From Antedon mediterranea (taxonomy: Eukaryota; Animalia; Echinodermata): a stretch of 64,000 nucleotides of DNA. Shown here one piece after another: positions 52,701 to 61,700 of this stretch. Location: positions 13,316,795 through 13,380,794 of the forward strand of contig NC_092670.1 in NCBI RefSeq assembly GCF_964355755.1, written 5' to 3'. The position numbers were made by a program, and so were the translations under genes. Each line of letters opens with the position of its first letter. Position 1 is the first letter of the stretch. The notes below the pieces were generated by a model. It searched no databases. It saw nothing but the letters and a program-made list of their open reading frames with translations, and was not told the origin of the DNA.

Positions 52701-55700
52701 TTTTCTGCTTCTGGAAGCTCAGAATCTTTGACAAATATGAACTCCTCTCCCTGTCTGTATGATAATTCAAAACTTGAGATTCCACCAGTAGTATCAAGCA
52801 ATGTGTCAACAGCAGTGACTCTTACTGGTGCCAAGAATTCAACCTCAACAAATTGGTTAAGAATACTTGTGATCCAAGGCTCAACACCTTCTTTGAATTC
52901 AGTCAGACTAGCATATTCATCTCCTTCGCTGGTTGTACGTACTCCTTCCTCTGTTGTGAGGTCCTCTTGACAAGGTGCTAAAAGGAGTTTAAGAAAGTAA
53001 TTTATTTGTAAAAACCTTCTAAAATAAAACTATTTAAATACAGTAGTTCACAAATATGTAGATTGAGAGAATGAATACAATGTGTAAACTGCTATGTGTA
53101 AACAAGCTTTGATTTTTAAAGTAAGTAAGATTCACCATGTACATAATTTTTCCATGGCAGTGCAAAAGCGGACAAAAAAACAAAAGCAACAAGTGGGTGG
53201 TCATTTTGAAGTTTATAATAACTTACGTTTTGTAGTGGTTACACTCTTTGTGGTTTTAGTAGTTGATGAAATGTAAGGTGTGGTCACCACTTTGGTGGTC
53301 ATCTTGGTAGTCTCTGACATAGTTGTTGTTGGGGTTGTGGTCACCTCGGTAGTTGTTATGGTTGTGGTCTCAACTTAAATTGAATTACAAATTAGAATAT
53401 TATAATATGTATACATATATGCCTAAATACATGTCACGCATAATACACCACTAAAGACATGAATATAACTTGATTGACTGTGTGATATTAGTAACTTATC
53501 TAAAAAAATTCTTGAAACAAACAGACATAATGTTGATCTATTTACCGACTTTTATCTACATTACTGAGTACTAAGTACTATAAAAGATTGCACATTATAG
53601 AGAAAGGTTGTATTTTACCTTGTGCAATACATCCACTAAAATCAAAGGTTAAAGAACCAGTGCCAATCTTTGAGGGTAGATCAATGAAGTTTACTGTGAC
53701 ATCATCAATTTCTGGCATGTCGGAAGATGGGATGAATTTACTTAGTATTTGTCCATCTTCAACATCAATTGAGATAATCTAAAAATAAATGAAATAGTTT
53801 ACATATTCAGCAATCCATGCAGATGTTTATGAGCTAGATACTACAATAAACAGTGTATATTAATCTATCTAAATATTTGCATAAACAAGCGAACGATTAA
53901 ACAATAGTTACTGCAATAACTGCAGTATAATAATGTTGATATGGTCCCTAAGAAAGACATACCTTTTGTTGATTATCACTATCAACCAATGATTGCGTTT
54001 CCTTTGTGTCGGTCAGTGTCCAATCAAGGGTGGCCCTTAGAGTACCTGCAAAGCCCCGTGTTGCAACTTTCAATTTAGCAAGTATTACTGGGCGATCAAA
54101 TGATGCTTTAACAGAGTTGATTGCAGACAAATCTGGGATCCATGGAGAATCACTGTCAAGCATTGTTATTGCTTCACTATCCACATCACCGCCAATGAAC
54201 TCCCTTAGTTGATCAAGAACACTTAGATCTTGAAGACGTTCACCGCATTCAGCTGTTATTGATAATAATGGTTATAATTATTAATTTTTACAATCAGAGT
54301 TTTTCGTGATGTGATTAAATGAATACACACCAGCTAAGGTCGCACTCAGAGAGACTCAGCGAAAGACTAGAAAACCAAAATGAAGACTTATAAACAACAT
54401 GGCTGGCAAACATAAAAAAAGACCGAACACAAGAGATAAGCGCAATGTCTAACGACGACTAGGTGCACTATGTATCACAACATTTAATATCACACACTGT
54501 CTCAAAACGATGAAACTATGTAGAACTCAAAATACACAAAAATCATGAATGACCCAATGCATCCTTTACATGTCATAGCCTAAATAGGTCTGGTATTTTA
54601 TTTTACGAACAGTGTAATGTTGATTGGGAAATTCTCATGTGCAAAACTCTAATAATATTGTTAGCACAAGCGCTCTAAAGAATGTAAATTTGTAAATTTA
54701 CGTTTTTTTTATTGTTACTGTATACACAATTTGTTATTTTTAGTCAGATTATGTTTGTATATTTTTAAATCGAAATTAATGTTAATAAATTTCTTTTTTT
54801 ATATATTATGAAAACAAATAAAGTTTTATTTATTTTGTATCAAAAAATGCACAACTGAAGACCAATGGTAATTAAAGTTCAACTTATTTTCTAAACTCAA
54901 ATCTTAAACATATATATACAGTCAACTCTCCCAATACCGGACTCTCTGAAAACCAGAAACTCTCCCAATACCAGACTTTTTTTGAGAACCAAAAGGTCCC
55001 AAATTTATTTTTACCATTAAAAACACATTCCGAATACCAGACTTTCCGGAAAACCAGACTTATTTGGCCGGCCCAAAGGTGTCCGGTATTGGGAGAGTTG
55101 ACTGTATGATATCTTACAACTTGGGGTGGATGTAGGTTCGTATTCTGTTGTCTCCACAATCATTGTGGTCGTTGGATTGGTTGTAACTGTGGTCATAGTT
55201 GTAGTTGTTGGTTTTGTAGTCACCGTTGTGACGCGAGTAGTGCTCCCCATTGTAGTTGTTTCCCGAGTAGTGGTAGCTATGGAATATAAAATAATATAAA
55301 AATAAGTCTAGTATGAGAAATGCAGACAGCTGTATATTGTTGCTGTTGTATTATTATAATGGTTGAAGAAAGCAGTATTTTTAAAATCCTAGCAACATTT
55401 TAAATATGGTATTTTTCAGAATTACTTAAGACTGTAACTACTTCAAGAATGTATTATTCTATAATTTTTTTTTTTTTACTATTTCGTGTCATTTATTAAT
55501 ATGAATACTCTAGGTATGAAACTGGGTGTTTCTTTTCGCAAACAGTGTAGGCCAAAAACTGTACCAAAATGTATTAAAAAAATAATTACAGACGTAAATT
55601 GTTTGTTAAAATCAATGGAAGCTGTAAGCAATTTCAGAGAGCCCTCCAAAAACATGACGAACTAAAGGTTATGCATATTATTATACAATGTTATACATAC

Positions 55701-58700
55701 GATTTACTGTCGTAGATTCAGGTTCTTTAGTGAATATTTCAGTAACCACAGGCGCAGTGGTTCTATTGCTTTCCTTGACTATAAAACAAAGGAAAACATG
55801 TATTTTACACAATGATTTAAAAGCAAAAAAATAAATAAAAAAAACAATAATTCACAGCAGTTCAAAGAATTGTCAAGTCTTGTTTTTCAAACTGAGATTG
55901 GAATATGTTAATTAAAACATAATTATTTCAATTTGAGTTGGCAACTTGCGATAAAAAATAAAGGTAAAATATTCTAAAGGTAATGTGTCTAGACAGAAAA
56001 GACAGTATGAACATGTATGAAATGTATTAGAAGGTATTATATGTAAGAAAATAAAGAAGATATGATGTAAAAATTATCAAATAAAAATGAGCAAAAGAAT
56101 CCTACAATATTATCTGTTTAAAGGAAAGGCTATAAATAATAATATTTAATAATAAATTAGTTGTTTGGGCAGAATAAGGTTACAGGCAGCTAAATTTATA
56201 AGTGGTAAAAATACTTACTAGCAGTAGTGTGATGCTTTGTGGTTGGAAGTAATGTTGTTGATGGTGGCATCTTCGTTGTGGTTGGCATTTTGGTTGTAGT
56301 TGGCATTCTGGTAGTAGTTGGCATTCTGGTTGTTGTTGGAATGATTGTTGTGGTTGGCATTTTGGTTGTGGGTGGCAATTTTGTTGTGGGTGGCATTTTG
56401 GTTGTTGTTGGCATTTTAGTTGTGGGTGGCATTTTGGTTGTTGGTGGCATTTCTGTTGTGGTTGTTGGTGGCATCTCTGTAGTCGTTGTTAGAATTTCTG
56501 TTGTTGGTGGCATTTCTGATGTGGTGGTTGGCATTTCTGTTGTTGGTGGCATTTCTGTTGTGGTGGTTGGCATTTCTGTTGTTGGTGGCATTTCTGTTGT
56601 GGTGGTTGGCATCTCTGTTGTGGTGGTTGGCATCTCTGTTGTGGTGGTTGGCATTTCAGTTGTCACCTTAGTAGTAATCGTAGTAGTTTGAGCTAAAGAA
56701 AAAAAAAAACAAAATAATAATGATTTCACTGAAATCCTAAATTCTAGGTAAACATCTAGACAACAAAATCCATAGACTGTATACATTTGAAGGTAACTCA
56801 TAAATATACTGTTCATTTGGTTATATATAGTGTTTCTGTCTATCAATAGGAATATGTATCACGCAAGAATACATACTTGGTGTAATGGTTGTTTGTATAG
56901 TTGTGATCGTTGTTGTAGTTGGGATACAAGAACAACAATTCTCTCCATCATCTTGTAATATTTCATTCTATTTCAGAAAAAAAATTATCAATATAAAATG
57001 TTAACAATAATAAGTGAATACAAATAGCACATGGTATATTTAAATGATATCAACTTTCTCAACTTGGTTGTCGAATATCTAATGGACATATTCTCTTTAA
57101 TTAAAAAAAAAATTAAAAAAAGAAATCACAAACCAATCTACGATTATGTGGTATTTTGTTGTGTAAATGAAACAACAATTACCAAACAGTCATTTTAAAT
57201 TTGTAAATAATGTTAAAATTCATAAGAATAGAAACAAATATTTATTTTTTGAACTTTTTGAGTAATAAGGGGCAATATGCTTCAATCATTATTTTTCCAA
57301 CATTGCATTATACTTCAATTGTTCAGTAATTTACCTCTGCACAATCTTCTTGGGTCAGATTGCAAGCCTGCTTACAATCATAGCGGTTACCTGCCAACTC
57401 TTCATTATAAACACAATCACAGTACTGGCAATCTGCAAGCCAATAGCTCTCCTACAAAATATAAAAAATAATGCATCAGTCACACAAAATCTTATAATAA
57501 TGATATAACAATTTTAGTAATACTTGTATTGCTGTTGGTATTTGAGACAGAACTAAATGTCGTGTGAACGTGGTTTCTTTATAACGTACCTCACATTCGC
57601 ATGTATCACTTTCTATTTCATTGACACAGATAGCTCTTCTGTCAGAATGAACAAGCTTGAAAGATCTGGCTGGGCATAAGCAATCATGAACCAGACAACT
57701 GTCATCGATACGTTGCAGAAGAATTTCAAACAATGCATCTCTGGCAAGGGTGATCATGTCATATTCCTCACAGTTTATAGTCACCTTACATGGTTCAGTG
57801 CAAACTAAATAAGTAAAACAGTATAACTTATTTCACTTATTTTATTTTATCATGAAACATTTTCAATTCGATAGCAATAGTTTTCAGTATATCAATCATA
57901 ACAATCTTATATTAAAAAATATCAAATTCAAATATAAAACATAAAAAAAAAAAACTGATATACATTGTATAGTAATGTAAGGTCAAAGAAAAGATTTACG
58001 GACACACATCATTTCAAAATAAAAAGAAAAAATTGTCTTACAGACCATTAGGTCAGGATTGAACCATGGACCTTGGAATTGGAAAGAACTCACTATAACC
58101 ACCAAAACATTTCCACTAGCAAATGAGTTATTACCTGTTGTTGTTGGAATGTTAGTAGTTGTAATAATTGTAGTTGTTGGTGCTGGGGTTGATAACTCTG
58201 TTGTTGGTTGCATGGTTGTAGTACATTCTTCTGATGGTACACGACAATAGCCATCATCTTGAACTAAAGGTGCAACACATCTACAATGACGGCAATATTC
58301 CGGCCTGTTGTACAGACAGCTCCCATCTCGGTTTCTTCCATTACAATCGATTTCACAGTTACAATCATTACCACAAACAAACTCTGAAAATATCGAGAAA
58401 AATTAGAACAAAACAAAAAGCATGAATGATAAATGTCTAAATATTAGGAGTGAAGACTAGATGTTTTGCACGCACCTTGTATCTAGACTCCAAATTTAAT
58501 TAACCTTACCATTGATAGCACACAAAATAAGCCCCATAACTACTTTTTTGAAGGAAAATCAGCACTACTGCAGTTTCGCACCTACCTTGTGTTTGACTCC
58601 AAATGTGTTTACTAACTTGTGAGAAACAGCACTGTAGCGCCGAGGAGGTACATTTAGATAGTAGATTGTTTAAAGTTTATCTCTGAGTATAACATTTCTA

Positions 58701-61700
58701 TTGTTTATTTAATAAACCTTTGTAACAGCATATTCAGTGGTAAAGCAAAATGAGCATCGTGGAATAAATTTCCTATCTTATAATATGAAAAAGTCATGTA
58801 GTACCACTTTTTATTTCACGATGCTTTACCACTAAAAATTAACTGGGGTTTATACTAATAACTGTATTTATAACTTTTGATATTTTATAGTAAACAATAT
58901 ACACTTTAAACCAGGATCTACCAATTAAATCCATTATTACATTTATGCTGGGCTATTCTTTCTATTTTGAGGGTGTTTTATAACATAGAATGCATGTCAT
59001 TATTTATAGAGGTACAGTCTATATGTTACCATCAAATAAAATGAATGTATGTATGTGTGTATGAACGAATGTATTTAAAAGTTATGAGTCGTGTACCTGT
59101 TGTAGACTCTGGCATGGTTGTTGGTAAAAAGGTCGTTGCTACTGTTGTCGTCGTTATACAGTCTCTTTGATCATAACAATCCACTTTAGTTCCCTCACAT
59201 AAACATTCTCTGCATGTTTCTGGGTACCACTTCTCTCCAACCTTTATTCATTCAAAATGTGTATTTGTTAATATATTCAATTACTGCTATAGCATACTAA
59301 CCGTAAACCCATTTACACTAGGACTATAACGTTCGTCGATAAATATGTAAGTGTGCATTTTTCCTACATAAAACAAGAAATCTAAAAATTGTTTATTCTA
59401 GAACTATGATAACCATCTATGCTGCCTTTGATGAAAAAATATTTTCACACGTCCCATCAAATAACGTAATTATTAGTAAGAACAATACTATTGTTGAGAT
59501 ACAATGATATTATTATTCCTATTGATCATGTCATTTGATTGGACTTTTAAAAATATTATAAGCAAAATATAGTTGAAATGCTAACACTGCTAATTTAAAA
59601 GTATGATGCAACACAGACAGTATGTCTTACGTTGTAAGTTTGACCATTATAGGTACAATGACAGTTGTGCTTGGGAATACAATGTGTTCCATTATATACA
59701 CGGTCTCCTTGGCAAGCACAGCAAAACTCGGTGTATTCCTCACATTCCACATTATGGCAAACATCTTCCCGACAGCTTCCTGGTTGGCAAGGCACCTGTT
59801 CCTCAGGAGGTACACATGCTGCATAGAAACACATTAATTGTTTTAATGTCATTTTTGTTTCCAGGGAAATTTATTTCCAAAACTGGTTTATATGTCATAA
59901 GACCTATATTAAAACTAATCAAATTTTAATTGAATGAAAGTAAAATAATGTATGAAGTATGAATTTATTTATTTAATTATTGTTACTTTAACTAGAACTA
60001 TGATGAGATGGGATTTCAAATCCAATTGGGACTAATACTCTTTTTATTTTAATGTAGAATGTAGAAAAGAAAAAGTTCCTATACGACACATTACAGTTGA
60101 AAACAGAGCTTCCTTCTAGAATAATTAGTAAGTCTGTATTTCAAACCTCCTAATTACTTAAGATAATTTTAGCTTACGTTTATAAGGTGTTGTCGTTGGT
60201 TCAGTGCTAGTTGTTGCTGTTGTTGTTGTGTCTAAAGTAATTAAAAATAACATTACAAATGAGTTTACATCATACATTATTTCCAGTTTATTGTTTTCTA
60301 ACTGGTGTTTTGGAGAAGGGACCATTCAAAATGGGTGCCGTCGTTCAAATAATTTTTAGTAAATTAATAAAATATATCTAGCTTTTTAGCATAAAATTGG
60401 ATCGCATAGAATACATTCTTGCGTTAATATGCTGTATATGCAAATACAATTTATTAGTAAAGGAAAACAAGGATTTTTTATTCAGGCAATTTAATTCAGA
60501 CAATTTAATAAAAAAACATATTTCACATAACTTGAATAATTATTGTAATTGCTTGTTTATTAACTTATTCATTTGACTTTAATGTTAAAATATATTTAAA
60601 TGCTATACTTACTTTGACATTGATCTGGGTGTTCATCACGACAACGAGGAGGGCAGTCACATTTTCCATCACAAACTAGAAAGTCAGAGATACAGGGATC
60701 ATGGGGACTGCATGGGCTCATCAAATCAGTGCACACATTTAAAAAGCATTCCTTACAGCATTTACCCTCAGGTACATATCCATAATATCCCTGTAAAATC
60801 AATTGTACATGTAAAGGTAGAAACCAAAGTCTGTTCAAAATTAAACTTTGCTTTAAAAAAACAATAGTTTGATCATAGTCACTCTCCTGCATATTATTTT
60901 ACTTCATGCATTCATGCAAGGGTTCGATGCCGACTCGCTCCTAGTTCTGGTGGTGGAACAAGTCTTCTCGGATAAGGACTATAAACCATAGGTCCAGTGT
61001 ACACAGTTATAACCTGTGTGCACTTTAAAGAACCCAGTTCATTATTCAAGAAGAGTAAGGGGTTACCCCGGTAAACTGGTTAAAAAAATAGCCCCTGTAT
61101 CAGGGGATTATCACCTATCTGATAGGACAGTGATTAATTCACTATTGGCTAAAGACATAAAATAAAATAAAAAATAATCCATATTATATATAATACACCG
61201 TAAAACCTCATAAATAAGTCCCGTGTCCCTATGTTAACAATTTAACAAAATTAATCTATAAAAAAAAGCCCATATATATATTATGCAGACTAATATTGTA
61301 TGATTGTGTTTACATCACACATTATTTACAGTTTATTTTTCGCATCTTGTATCTTCTTCATCTTTTATGTTGGCAAAATATGTAAAATTGGAAGAGAATG
61401 TTTCAAAAACCATATTTTAGTACCTATTAAAAAAATGTACAGCATTTATTTTGAAAAAAACGACACCCCCACTCACCCTTTTTAGTTCGTTAAAATTATT
61501 ATTAAAACTATATCGCAAAAAGAAGAAGAATCTCTAAAAGATAGACATATCAAAAACTGTACTATGAAATGAAGCCCATTGGCTCCAGTATATAAGTTTT
61601 ACAGTACACTGTATAACTACTAGACCATCAACTATGCAGAATCAAAGTGATTACAAAAGTAAATGGAGTGCATTCAAAATGGCTGCCATAGTTTACATTA

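Noticed and set aside
8983-56691. Many plus-strand Val/Gly/Ile-rich or Leu/Trp-rich ORFs (VVVVGGIS..., LLWLLVAS...) that look like membrane proteins
   Set aside because: They are antisense shadows of the ACA/CCA-rich PTS exons and coincide with them.
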